A stretch of DNA of 57,725 nt, counting the filler, from Platydemus manokwari (taxonomy: Eukaryota): the NCBI GenBank assembly GCA_037951405.1. It is 5 parts of 5 records of this genome, joined end to end, with 100 filler letters (N's around TTAATTAATTAA, not from the genome) between each part and the next. Parts side by side here need not be neighbours in the genome. Positions count along the whole stretch, not along the records: positions 22,022 to 31,840 come from JBBMOY011200766.1; positions 31,941 to 46,360 come from JBBMOY011463641.1; 3 more parts are not named here. One strand, written 5' to 3'. Shown here in pieces: positions 22,951 through 37,064 of the stretch. The translations under genes and the position numbers were made by a program. The notes below the pieces were generated by a model. The model was given only the letters and a program-made list of their open reading frames with translations. It made no database searches and was not told where the DNA came from. How positions within the stretch are numbered: the stretch's first letter is position 1; each line of letters opens with the position of its first letter.

Positions 22951-25900
22951 CAGTGTCAGATATTGTCTCTTGGTTGCGGGCTTGAGTTGTTTGTCCGAGT
23001 ATCCTCGAATTTGACTTGATCATCAGTGCATTCCATACTCAGGGTCAATGTGCTTAACGGATTATGTTTGGGCTTAATTTCGTGCTTTGCGTTTTGTTTT
23101 ATATGTGGGGATTTTTATATGGGATTGTTATGCAAGTGCTGGTTATGTATATGTATATGTACATGGGGTACATGCCCAACACATAGATCACAGACATGGA
23201 GGTTCTCTAAATAAGACTGATATTCAAATCAATTATAAATCATATCGCTGTTGGTACACTTATTGTATCCATACAATAAAGTTTTGCCAGCCGAAATATA
23301 TGTTACAATAAAGTAGATTATACCTGTTGCCTATGAATTCAAAGGGGCTGATCAATCATTATGATAAATTTGACATTATTTGAAAGTAATAAAACGATAT
23401 AAGGTCCCAAACCAATCTATCTTTTGCACCTTTTATTGACAATCTTTAGGCAATGATTAATCAATAATCAATTAAGTAAATATCATAAACATAATCGATT
23501 AAATGATCACATCTTAAAGATAAATCTAAATACATCAAAACAACCAAAAAAATAAGAATCAATGGATTTGTGTCACACAAAAACAATATAACACTGTTTC
23601 AGAAATAGTAACAATAAAGTAGAAAAATATAAGAAATTTATTAAAATTGTATTCAGGTTTAAGGAATTAAACTTATTGCATAATTCGTTTGTAATTAAAA
23701 ATGTTTCCGATTACCAGATTCTGAATAAGAAACTGAATTTGGTTTTGTCTTTCTCGCGATATACTGATTTTTACATAAAGTAAGATTTCTTGTTCTCGAC
23801 CAAGAGTTCTATAACTGTGATGAAGATGATTGACCAATGAAATGACACTTTCAAACTAAGGTTTATTTTCAGAGTTTAATTCTTATTTGATTTTAAATAT
23901 TCTAGGTATGAGAACTGATCATCAAATATTTACTTAATAACGCTTTCTAAATTCTAAAAATGATAGATGCTCCATTTGTTTGACACTCCAATTGATGTTT
24001 CAAAATGAAAAGGGAACCCCTGCAAACATTATAAAATTGCAATATATGTCATAGCAATCAAAATCTTAAATGGAATATTAATTTATTAAAATGACATTAC
24101 AGATAATTTCTTATTTGGATTCCCATGGAACTATCTACTCTCATTTTATGGACTCTTACAAATCCTTCGCAAGCACTAATGATAGGATTAATATGTTATT
24201 AAATATCCACAATTGTAATTAATTCTTGATAATAATTTCTTGAATAATTTTTAACGAAAATTATAATTCTCGCAATTTTGAAAGAAATTTGTTTTCTTTA
24301 TACTAGATTTTTTCGTTTTTCGATATCTTTTTGAAACTTTTATATTTATTACCATAAAGTAATAGATATTAAACAAATGGCGATGAACAGTGAACTACTA
24401 ATAGACTAAATATGAAATTCGCAGTTATATATTTTAAAGTTACAAATAGTCTTGTTCAATCGGATTGAAATTTCATAATAATTACACTCAAAACAACTAA
24501 AATTATTTCATATAATATATTTACATAAAATATAATCATTAGCAGTTAGTCACTATTTGTTTTGCTGGGGGTTAATCGAATAAGATAATCAGGATGGAAT
24601 TTACTTACGTTTGTTAAGTAATTTTTATATAATAATTTGGTTTTATGTTGAAAATACAATTGACTTTTTATTTGCTCTCTATCTGGTAACATATTAACCT
24701 TATTTCTAAACTGCAGTTTAACTATCATTCCCAAGTCTTACATTCATTAATGTCATGTTTGCATTTTACCCAGTTGTTTTGAAACTTTCTCTTGGTGATC
24801 ATGAATAATTAGAAGCTTAATGAAATAGATAACAAATGATTATTATATTTATTTATTTTTAATAAGAATCATAAGTTCATTTTAAATTACAAATCAAAAA
24901 GATAGTCACAAGGCCAGAATCCATGTTTGTCGGTACATAAAAACAGTACATAAAATCAAATTTGTAATTAAATAACGTAAAAATGACGAAATAATAAATT
25001 AATTAAGGACTGAAAATTCTCTTTTGTTTGAAAGATAAGTAATTATATCCAAGAATTAAATCAAATGAATACAAACAGAAGGTACTGAAATATAAAGAAA
25101 ATATAATATGAAATATAAACTAACTCACTTATTAAATAACCATCGAATAAGTTAGCTCGACAGTACTATACTGTGTTGTGGAGTTGTCTATAAACGAATG
25201 AATTGAAAGTCATTGAAATATAGGATAGAACACAATTCTAATAAAAGACAATCGAAAAACTTGTAGAACGTTATCATGAATGGCGCTTCTTCTTATATTT
25301 TATTTGTACTCGATTTGGTATCAATCGGTTTTCATTTATTTCTATGTCTCTGGATATGAAATAAGTAAGGTCAGTCATCTTATTAGAATTGTTTTAAACC
25401 AGTTATTTTTGAAAAAGAATCCATGATATGATTGATGGAACATAGACCTCAATAATTCCATTCATAATCTGAACATTTGGTCATTTTATTTGGATGGGCT
25501 TACGATTTATTCTATATATTTGCTTAAACTAAACTTGGTTCGAATGTATTTGTTTTGTTAGTTATCCTCCACTCAATAAATAATATGTTAAAAATCTATA
25601 AATGGCATTAACTCCGATATGTATTCAGTTAATTCTACACCGATTGTAGCTCAAAATATATTGTATTGGTAGAAAATTTAAACGAAATAAATTACGTATT
25701 TCAAATATGTGTTTCTGTATGAGTACATGCTACTGTTACCTGAGTGAAGAATCTAAATAATGTAATTTGAACACTAATAGCAGAATTCTTTTACTAATTG
25801 AAGGATTATTTCGATGATAATAAATATCCAAATGATGATTTAATTAAACCAATGATTATTATTTATTGATTAACGAAAATGTTACGAAAAACTGAAACTG

Positions 25901-26249
25901 ATGTAATTGATTGTAGATAATCTAAAAGAAATTATTGAATACTTACAAATGGTAAAAGTAGTGAATAGAAAGGGAAAAATCGATATTTCTTGTTTCTCTG
26001 TGAATGCCAATGATTTCAAACAATTGCATTAGCAACCATCGAAACTATTGTACATTTTATCCACTCATCCCATTTCAGATGCTTCAAAATAATGTGATTA
26101 AAGTACACAGTTATGTGTGCAAATAACATATATAAATATATATCTCTCACAATATCAAGATTCAACAAAACAATTTCACTATCAAATTATTGATTTCCAA
26201 TAAATCAAAACAATGAAATAATTGATTTATTTATAACAAGCCAAATCTA

Positions 26250-28949
26250 TTAAGCAATGTACAATGTTTCCTCATTTCTACGTTTCTTCATGGTGAATGT
26301 TCCATGTTTCTGTTGGGCATCTGGATGATTGAGCAATTCGCTCGGAATCTCACTCGATGGAGATTCTTTCAATAATTCTTTCAAATCGTAAAAGATCGGC
26401 GAATCGTCTTTGGTGACGAAGCTAATAGCCAGACCATCTTTGCCAGCACGACCCGTTCGACCAACTCGGTGAATATATTCTACAAATAATAAATTATAAA
26501 TATAATTAATATATAATCAATAATCAATCAATAAAAACACAACCTTCAATCGTTTTGGGCATATCATAATTGAGAACCAATGAAACATCCTTGATATCGA
26601 TACCACGACCAGCCAAATTGGTAGCCACAAGAACGTCCTTTTCCCGTGATTTCAGAGCAGCCAAAGCATATTCTCTGTGTTCCTGTCCTTTGCCACCATG
26701 GAAACTGATAGCACTGATATTCAATTTTTCCAGACCCTTAGCCAGTACATCAGCACCCTTCTTTTGATTGACGAAAATGATAATCGGCGGTTGCAATCCT
26801 TTGCTCATGATTTCACGCAATTTCTCACGTTTCTGGGTCTCGGTCAGCATATAAACGATCTGTTTGGTGCGCTCGGTTGGTTTGCCAATCGATCCAATAT
26901 AAACCGTTGCCGGTCGACGCAAGAATGTTCTCGCAAGCCGTTCCACGGACGATTGCATCGTTGCGGTGAACATGACGGTTTGGCGATACTTTTGCGTGGT
27001 GTGGAAATTTTGCAACAGTTTTTCCGTGTCTTCGGCATCATCGTTATCGGGTTTCTCGGTGGCTTCGGGCAGATATGAGAGAATCTTTCGCACATCTGCC
27101 TCGAAATTCATATCGATCATTCGATCCACTTCATCCATGATCACATATGTGCATTGATTGAGAACGATATATCGATTCTCAAGCACATCCACCAAACGAC
27201 CCGGTGTAGCAATAACGATTTCCGCACCCAATCTCAATTGGAACACTTGTTCCTCTCGACTGTTACCACCGATAATCGTTACGGCTTTGATGCCCAATGG
27301 CGTTCCGAATTTCGATGTTTCATCCAAGATCTGGATGGCCAAATCTCGAGTCGGAACGAGAATAATGGCGTACGGACCGAGCTCGTTTTCACCCATTTTC
27401 TGCAACCGAGGAAGTTTTTCAATCCACGACAACAGAGGAATGAGAAAAGCAGCTGTTTTACCGGATCCGGTTTCGGCAACACCAATAATATCACGATTTT
27501 GTAGACCAATCGGAATGGCTTGTCGTTGAATTGGAGTTGGCTCTTTATATTTGGCTTTATTAATGATGACATCCAGCAATTTGTCCGACAATCCAGCCTC
27601 TTCCCAACAACGGATCGAATTTGGAATGTTGCCACCTTTCGTCGTGATACTGAAATCTTCTCTAAAGATTCTCCAATCACGATTCGTCATTTCTGACAGA
27701 TCTTTCTCCGTCCAAGGTCTCTCGTCCCATTTGACTTTAGCTTCTCTTGTCGAAAGATTCTTCAGACGCCTCTCTTCTTGAACTTTTTGTCCATGCGATC
27801 GTCGATTGGACATCATTTCCGTATAGAATTGTCCGAGAGCTTTTTTCTGGGCATTGATATCGATTCCACCAATGTGACCTCGGCCGAAAAATTGGGCTTC
27901 GTGTTTCTTTTTGTAAAGTGGATTGTAATCTGCACTCGTGTCCTCGGCCTCATCCCATGCGAAAACAAATTTCCTTTCATTCAGACGTCGTTGACGACGT
28001 TTGGTCAATCTTTTCTGACCCAAATAGCGTTCTTTAATGGCTTCTTGTTCACGCTTTTTGTCGTCTTCGGTTTGATCGATCGATTTATCACCACCACGTC
28101 CTTCACCATGACTTCGCCTTTGATTATGACGTCTTTCAGATTCTCGAATCTTGGCTTTAGCTAAATAAATTTGATATAACTAGTAGTAGCATAAAATAAT
28201 TCTGTTATTAGACAATTACATCTTACAATTTATAAGATTTTAAATTACAAAAATAAAAATTAATTTAAATTTTAAAATTATATCGTTATCAAAACATTAA
28301 ATAATTAAAATATAAAATAAATGATTTACAATCTTCAATATATTTGTGTTGGCGAGATTTATCTTCCATCAATTTTTGCTTTAATTCATTAACTTTTTCC
28401 TCACGACGTTTCAAAGCCATAGCCTCTCGTTCAGCTTTGGTAAAAAATTTTGGTTTCTTTTCAGCCTCTTCTTCGGCTTGTTTAGTAGCTAATACTTCTT
28501 CAACAGAAAGTGGTATATGATTGGTTCTAACAGCGCTAGGTGTTTTAAATGTCGCATTATCATTTTCAAATTTGGATTGATCTATACCATTTTTTAAAGG
28601 TTTCTCATCCAGATCTTCAATATCTGGAAATGATTCTTTGCCACGCTTTAACTTTTTCGGTTCAATTTCATCATCAAGAGAATTTTCATGTCTATTTTAT
28701 TAATATATTAAAGCGAAAAATAAAAAGTGCGAACTTTCTCTTTTTGTGCTTTCTTTTTTCCTTTTTGTCTTTCTTGAGTTTCTTCTCTTTTTTATCTTTC
28801 TTCTTTTTTGACTTTTGAGATTTTTTTAATTCATCATTGTCTTTATTAATTGAAATATGTGATCTAAAAATTACTAAATTAATTATTTATAAATTGAAAA
28901 TCATTTACAATTCCTCATCGGAATGGTAATTATTGACCAAATCATCCAT
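26250..28949 (-). CDS. DDX23: DEAD-box RNA helicase DDX23/PRP28 (U5-100K), 792 aa, 5 exons: 28949-28909, 28863-28735, 28691-28330, 28160-26544, 26479-26250
   Basis: Family-specific segments [71 protein letters not shown]. Helicase motifs [43 protein letters not shown]. Four GT-AG introns (45, 43, 169, 64 nt) have compatible phases. CDS total 2379 nt. Confidence 0.95.
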
Positions 28950-29309
28950 CAGAAGATATACAAGAATATTTAAATTAATAAAAATATGATTATATTCAAA
29001 CAAGAGTTTGCTCAATAATTAAAAATTAATGTTTAAAATAATTAATGTGAAATCTGCAAGTGTAAACAATCTATATATCAGGAATTGTGTTGATAGCTNN
29101 NNNNNNNNAATTAGAAACATTATCTCTGATTAAATTTTAACTCTTAAATTATTCTTGTAATGATAAAATGCAATGATAAACACATAGATTTAATTTTAAA
29201 ATAATTTTACCGTTATAAAAAATGATAGTTAAAATAAAAATAAAAACAAAAATTGTAAAACTTATTAATAGAAAACAACGAAAAGAAAATCTAGATTAAA
29301 TTTATTATG

Positions 29310-29880
29310 ATTTCCCATGAGTATCGATATACTTAACCGATCACGAATTTGTAGAGAGAAAATATTCAATTTTGATCCTAATCTCGTCATAATACCAATA
29401 CACTGTGTTAACCACAACTATTTTAAAAACCACACATTAAAAACGAACTGAAAAGTCAAGACACCACCAATCCATTTAAATACAAATTTATATAAATATG
29501 ATTTTATACTTAAGTATACTTAAATAAGTAACAGTAAGATATTATAATTGAGTCCGTTGTAAAACCAGCTAAAATAATCAATAAAACTATGGGAATAACC
29601 CCCCCCCAAAGGGTCGATACATTTAGATTCGATAAGCAAGTGTGGCTATATCCGATCAGATAGTTTCTAAATCTCAATTCATATACAAATCCCGATAATC
29701 GATTGGAGCACACCAAGAACATGAAACAAACAGTGAGATATGCCAATGGTGCAAAGGATAATAGGAATTTTGCTAATAAGCCGAAGTATAAACAAAAAGT
29801 AAATTCTCGAGACATCAAATATGCACACACAATAAGCAGATAAAAATGTTGCACGAATTTTACTTGAATTCATGGTTTTT
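29310..29880 (-). pseudogene. Possible peripherin/RDS-like tetraspanin pseudogene
   Basis: ISHCLFHVLGVLQSIIGICI*IEI*KLSDRI (ending ~29649) resembles peripherin TM1 plus GLFLKIELRKRSDVM. After a frameshift in the C9 run (29599-29607), VIPIVLLIILAG...SYCY gives a TM2-like segment, and KYIDT follows later. Several stops. Confidence 0.35.
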
Positions 29881-31840
29881 CTTTTTGTTATTTTTGTCAC
29901 TAGTTAACTTTCGGGTGTTCAACCTCCTGTGAGTGTGATTCCAGACCCTGATTGTTTGATGATTTGGTTTTATTTATTATTTTTGTGATTCCTAATTAGC
30001 GACTAAAATTTTGACATTAGTAACATTGTGAATATAAATGTGAAAATATGGTAATAAACCTATAAACAAGAATAACTTATGCTAAAGAGCTGGATCAACA
30101 ACATACTTATCTGAACAACCTTTACTCTCATTATTTTCAATGTCTTCAATATCTTTAGTATTGTCATTGAAGAAAAATGTACAAAAATTTATTATAAAAA
30201 AATAATAAAATAAAATTAAAATCAAAATTAAATTAAAAAAAAATAAGAATAATGAAATTTTGAAAATAATAATAATATTAAAAATCAAATGTAGGGGAAA
30301 TATAATATGAACGAAATTATAATAAAAAATTATAAATGATAATGAAATTTAAAATTATAAATTAATTTAATGTGAGCGAAATTATGGGGCAAAAAAGATA
30401 ATCAAAATTAATAATGTGGGCGAAAAATAAATTGAAATTACTAATGTAGGCCGATTTATAAAATAATTTTAAAACAAAGAGGAAAAAAATAATAAAAGAA
30501 ATTCATTATTCATAATCCGTAATAGAAACCACTATATAAGCAGTCCGAAAATCAGAAAGTTCGCTCACACAAATTTCTAAGATGAAGCTCTGAAAAGAAT
30601 TAGAAACTATTTAAAAAATCCTCACAAGTGCAGCTTCGAATAAACTATTATAATGGAAGTATCAAAGATCTTTGCGAGTACGATTTCAAGATGATAATAA
30701 TAGTAGAAGTATAGATGTTCATATCTTAAAATATATAATATTTAAAATCTATATTTTTAACACAAAGGAAGTTCATTATAAGAAGCTTCCTTAAATGGCT
30801 CTCGTTTATAATCTGGATGTTTGCTTAAATTTGTAATCTTCAGTGATTGGAAATTAATTGTGATTAAGAAAAGGGATTTGAATTATTTTTCTAGGCGATT
30901 CAAACTATTAATTTTGTATATTTGTAATTGAGTTGAATAAAAAATATTTAAACGTTCTTTGTATTGATTTATTTTGATTTTAATATTTAAGACCACGCAC
31001 CTACCGGATTGACATTGCGCTTCAACCAGTAGTAGACAACGCACTAAAGACTTTGAACAATAAAATGATAACCCCAACACTTATATGGAAAGTTAAATCA
31101 AATAAGATAGTTGAATTTTAGTAAGACAAATGTGTTTAAATAATGTACATACTTAATTAGCACAATTCACTGCTTACAAAACAGAATCAACTAAGATTCA
31201 AGTGGCTTAACTCATCAATAAATATAATCGAAACGGAGTTAGTGGAACAATTAATGGAACTATAGAAAATAAATAATAACAATGAAGAAATTATTTATGG
31301 AGGATCTTAAATCTGATTAGCGCATATTGCTAAAATGCTAAAAAATTTAACGACACCTTTTGATTTTAAACACCGGTTGAATTAATCAGACTTCTATATG
31401 ACAAACGATTATACTCTAGCGGATTTATTAAAGTATTATTTCCAATAATTACAGTAACATATTTGAAAATAATTTGGCTTTGAGGATAAATATAACAAAA
31501 CTCAGTAATAATAGAGATGTTTTCACTTATATATTTTGCGCGTCTTAATGGCATTCCAATATGTTTAAATGGTAGGATTTTGTTACACACATGGCACATG
31601 ATTATTCATGACATAGTCACGACATTTAATCTTTATAATTGCGTCAATTACTATTTCTTGATATTTTATTTTCTAATCTATTTTTGTTGATTTAAAATTA
31701 CTAATTTCGGTATCATTATCACTTCCAGTAATTATAATTACTTATTAAAAATTAATGTATTTATAGTAATTCAAAATTTCGTTTTACCAATTATTTATAT
31801 TAACCTTTATTTACTATTTTATTCATATTTTTATTCGCTT

Positions 31841-31940
31841 NNNNNNNNNNNNNNNNNNNNNNNNNNNNNNNNNNNNNNNNNNNNTTAATTAATTAANNNN
31901 NNNNNNNNNNNNNNNNNNNNNNNNNNNNNNNNNNNNNNNN
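31841..31940. other. Artificial scaffold join (N44-TTAATTAATTAA-N44)
   Basis: Linker at 31885-31896. Confidence 0.95.
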
Positions 31941-34900
31941 TATTATAAAAGGATATATATATATATACACATATATTTTGACTTGTATTAATTATTTTTA
32001 ATTCGTTATTTTAAAATATAACTTTCTAAGTTATTTTTGGTTTTTATTACTTATTTCATAAACTTTATGTTTTTCTCAGAGATCAGATTTTGTGAATTAT
32101 CGAAGTATAGATATGAGATAACCTTTTAATCTAGGTCTATCCCCAACATTTTTTGAAAGTAAGTCGTTATTTCATAAAGTTTAATGTTTATGAAAATGAA
32201 TATTTACTTCATTTCATGTCAAGTAATTTCGGTGTACTATATCCAATTGTTACGCTTCAAAACTTTACAAAGAAATTATTTTTACAAAAAATTAATAAAA
32301 GTTAATATTTCAACACATAATTTTTTTGATAATGCAAAATTTTTAAAGTATTGACACTGAGTGTATAGCCTAACAAAGATAATATATATTATTTTCAAAA
32401 TTGGAAAACACAACTGCAGTCGCTATATGATTTACGAAATACACAACATTATACGCTGCTTTATTCCCTACAGATGCATTAGATGTAAGGAAAAACATGA
32501 TGGGATAAATCACATGGTCAAATAGTGGAAAACAAATCATAATTTTCCTGAAACTTAAATTATTTCATTAATTTTCATAACCATTTTCTTTTTTATAATA
32601 TCATAAGAAAATATGATTTCAAAATTATTACTTCAATTAGTAATTTTCTTATCAGAAAATCTGTATCTAATTTCCGGTTCACAGGGCTTTGTTCGTTATT
32701 TCACTGATTTCATTCATTTTTATGGATTTTACATTTTTTACCGCGACTAGTAATTTGGAATATTTATTTTATTTTTATTAATAATTTTATTTTTTATATA
32801 AAATTATAATTTTAAAGGAATCTAAAATTATTTTGATCAAGACGATTATTTAAATTTCACCTGAATGTATTTTAATAATTATAAAATTTGTTTAAATGCT
32901 CTATTTATCGGAAACATATTTTATTAGATTTTTAGTAACTGGTTTAAATAATTGGAAAATATGAATGATATGGCTACCCTACCTTAAGTAGTCATTATGC
33001 AAACCTAATTTATGTTTGATCTTACATTTTTGAATCTTCTGTGGTTATTTTTATAAATCTTCGGTTAAAAAAGGAAAATTTCTCATTGTCATTTTAATAG
33101 AACTGTCATTTTAATAGAATTGAATGTGAAATCACGTTACCCATAAATTCCTGCTTGATATTACTGATATTTAAGAAATAGTAACCAATGGATGATGAAT
33201 CCGTGCACTATCCGTAGGTACAAGAATGTTGATAATTAATTATGGTAATTATCTATAAGTAAATATAATCGATCAAACAATTCGAATGATTCCACATGTG
33301 AGGCCGCTTAGAGCAACGAGTAGGGAAATGATAAAATTACAATTTGCTTATTTGTGTCGCCACAACAGCTCACGAAACAATTATAAATATCTACAAATGA
33401 AATATTGATTGAAACGAGTGAATTCTCGAGGAAAATTCAATTGAAAATTCTCTAATTAATGAAACACAATTCTATTGAACTGTTGATAAAGGCAAATGCA
33501 TTATTTCGATATAAATATATTGTTACTGTTAATTACAGTTTTTAATGAAACATAGTCACTATTTAATAAGGAGCAATATTCGTATTTAATAGCCTACATC
33601 ATAATTTTCAATATTGGATTTCCATCTTGCCACAACATCGGCTTTGTAGATAGCACATGTTCTAGGAGTGATTTTAATCAAACGTTACTTATTATCTGAT
33701 TTAAATTTTGGAGAGTATCAAGCGTTGTTGACATCTTGTTAATTTAACGAAATGACTTGTTTCATACCAAGAATTAATCATACTTATTAGATCCAAGATC
33801 GAAATCTTCTTTGGGAAATTTGACCAATGTTATGGAATACCCTATAGGATTAATATTACTATTTTATGTAAGTAAAGGCACTCGAGCAATTCTAGGAGAT
33901 TCAAATCGAAGATTAAATTTGAAATTTCAGTTAAAGGTCATCGAAAATTAACATTTGAAAGACAAAGTTTATTTTGGCTAGTAGCGTGTCGAACATTGGC
34001 ACAAAACAAACAATATTATAATTACGGCTGAAAACACAAAGTGATTGATTGATTTCATAACGTGTCAATAGATTCGGTATCAACTAAATATCTCTTCGTT
34101 TTTCTCCCATCTTTTTAATAGTTTTTATTTCATTGTACGGTTCACCCGTATCGTGAATCTTGCCCTCTGGTTAAGCAAGCCACGCTTCGCCAGTTATTTG
34201 TTTACACAATCTTAATAATTCAATTGTTATTTAAGTTGTAAATTGTATTGATTCATAATTATATTTTAGTATCACTGTGTTATTGTTATTTATTATAGTA
34301 TTGCTATTTATATTTAAAATCTTAATCTACTTCTAACGAAAGCAGCCAATCATTTGGAGTCTGGTTGGCACCACAAACGAGCACATTATAACAACAACCA
34401 ACACAAATCAATAATACGTAAAATCCAATAATACATTTTCACTGGAATTGTAATCATCACGGATCTATACGTTATAAATATTTCATAGATATACATGAAA
34501 TGTGTGAAAATGCGAATAATTAAAAATATCTTGTAATATATTTTATGGAATATTGCTAATGAAAATAGCAACATTATTTGTATGCAATTTATTTTTATAT
34601 ATTGGAAATAAATAAAAAGAGAAAAATTCAAATAAAAATGCAAACATAATATTGATATTGCCAATTTCGGTTATTCAAAAATCTTTGTAATGATGGCTAT
34701 AAAAACCATAGATGAAAATGTACAGAACAGATTTTCAATTAACCACTTTGCTTGACGATCTTAATGTGGAGAATTTTACGAAGATATAATGAATAAGAGA
34801 TTTATAATCGAAGAGATTTACAATTCGTAGAGAGTATATTGATTTTTTTTCTAATTTTTTCAACAATCTCTAGCATTTTTACGATCTCTTGCACGAAACA

Positions 34901-35009
34901 CTTTAGTGACTGGCCATTATATTGTACATCTTTTCTTTTTTTCCGGTTGACTTTTGTGTTTTTTTATATAAACCATTGATAATTTGTTAAACGATGATAA
35001 TTTTAAAAA

Positions 35010-35460
35010 ATGAGAACCCATTCACAAAACTGAAGACAAATTCCAGATTATATATTTGGCACTTTTGAGGTGTATAATAATTTTTATTAAAACAATTTCA
35101 TATTCAATTATTCTTTTGGGACTTGCACTTTCTTGAGTTATAATCACTATAAGAAAGTAATTTAACGCCAGTATCCTCTACGTCTACGTTTAACAACTTG
35201 TAGAAAGCCAAGTAGAAAGGCAAAAACAACCATTTTACTACAAATGATAACTGTATCACGATTTGGATCTCTTAAATGACCTGCCTTATTCGAATCTTAT
35301 TTCATGTTAAAATTGACTCAATTGTTTCTTTTAATGAACTTCCCTTACAAAATACCAATAGGTGGTGATCTGAATATTAATGATTGCTTTGTTAAGATGA
35401 TAATGATTCTTATACAACCAATAACCAAATCGAGCAGAATTACAATACCTTTATTAATAA
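35010..35460 (+). mobile_element. Relic of a non-LTR retrotransposon APE endonuclease (CR1/L2-like)
   Basis: GSLK*PALFESYF...IPIGGDLNIND (cf. GxxYRPP...IxGDFNI, at 35358-35381), then IQPITKSSRIT (cf. QxIxxPTRxT). IPDYIF lies upstream. Heavily decayed. Confidence 0.45.
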
Positions 35461-37064
35461 TACAAATACAATAAGAACACCAAAGTTCCAAATATAGCTA
35501 TTTTAAAACTTCACTAAGCGATAAAAATACAATTATTTTCCCACCTAAAACCTCTAGAAATTCTAATGTATTGGGCCAAAACTGTTTCAAGATGGTAAGA
35601 CAAAGCTCGATAATATGAATATCAATAGCTGATTTTAAAATAATGTGATTTACTTAGTTCACTATATGAAGTCTTTGGGTCGTCAAGTAAAATACTGGAT
35701 CTCAGGCACGGAACAATCTTACTTTTACCGAAATGAAATTTCGGTGTAATTGTGCTCTTGTATCAACTATTATCGTGACGTAATTGTACCTTAAATGTAT
35801 AATTGTGCTTGTAATAATTGAGGCCACTGAGTTATTTAGAAATTCTAGAGAATTATTTATTTAATACATTGCATAAATTTTTTAGGGTAGAATTATTTAT
35901 AGCGTAGAGAAATGCTCGATGATTAAACTTATTCTCTGCACTTATAATTTAAATTGGCCTGAATATTTTTATGCCGTGATTATTTTATTAACTGCTACAA
36001 TTTATGAATCACGATAATTCATTACTAGTAATTTGTTATCGTTATTTTATTAATGTGTGTTTTAATATGTAAGATTATTTAAAGGAAATTTTAAGTTTTT
36101 TTTGTTCATACATATGCGGTATTCTTTCAATTTCATTTCGAATTTAATTTATATATTAATTTAGGCGTATTTTATTTCTTTCATAAAATTTTAACAGTTA
36201 CATAAACATAAAACTCTTCCATACAATATTGTAGATCATTTTACATGTAAAAAATAAGTTTCTAAATATCATTTGCAAATACTTTTATTCACTAATACAC
36301 AATGAATGTCAGATTATTGTCTTTAATATATTCTTCAAGACATTTGCATCTTCAAACCTCAACATATTGATAAATTTATTTGGAAATATTTTTGTTCATG
36401 AATTATACATGTTGGGTTATCAAAAACAATTTAAATCTGAAAATCTGTATTAACTAAATATTACACTCACTCTCAATAATAACAAATCTCTACGCAATTC
36501 ACAAAGAAAATCATTCAAGATGGGATCAGCGCCCGAAAATCAAAAAGACTGATTACTAAAATCACGCATAAGCTAAGCGCTGAAGTTGCCTACCAAAAAA
36601 GACTGGTAAGAATCCATTGAATTCAACCTCTTATATCGGCTGTATCTGCTTGATGTCAAGGGTCGTCATTTTCAATTAGCTGAATTTGCTTGTAGATCGA
36701 TTTACTTGAGATTTTCCTTATATCTCTCGTGCCATTGGTGGATATTTGCGCTTGTTGCCGTTTTTAGGTATGCGCCTGTCAATTTTTAGCTTCTAAATAT
36801 GTATTAACATTAATTAGAATCTGATTGGTTAAAGGCACGTATGTTTATCGGCTTTGTGTGTATTGACCATTTTAGGGTTTTCCCTTGGTTCTTGTGACCA
36901 TTTTGATTGATTTGTGATATACCCAACATACTTACTAATCGTACATTTGTTTTCTTAAAAAATTATTAATTTCATGTTTATTCAGAGTGTAACTTGGTAA
37001 AATAATAATTCACAACTATTTGAATATCCCAACAGTTAAAAATAGAAAACTGGAATCAAATTAA

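Noticed and set aside
23026-23311. Cys-rich hydrophobic ORF as an env-like gene
   Set aside because: It is short, driven by low-complexity TG/TA sequence, has a non-ATG start, and shows no env motifs.
26570-28164. Many overlapping ORFs on both strands within DDX23
   Set aside because: These are shadow frames of a GC-richer coding exon, with no independent motifs.
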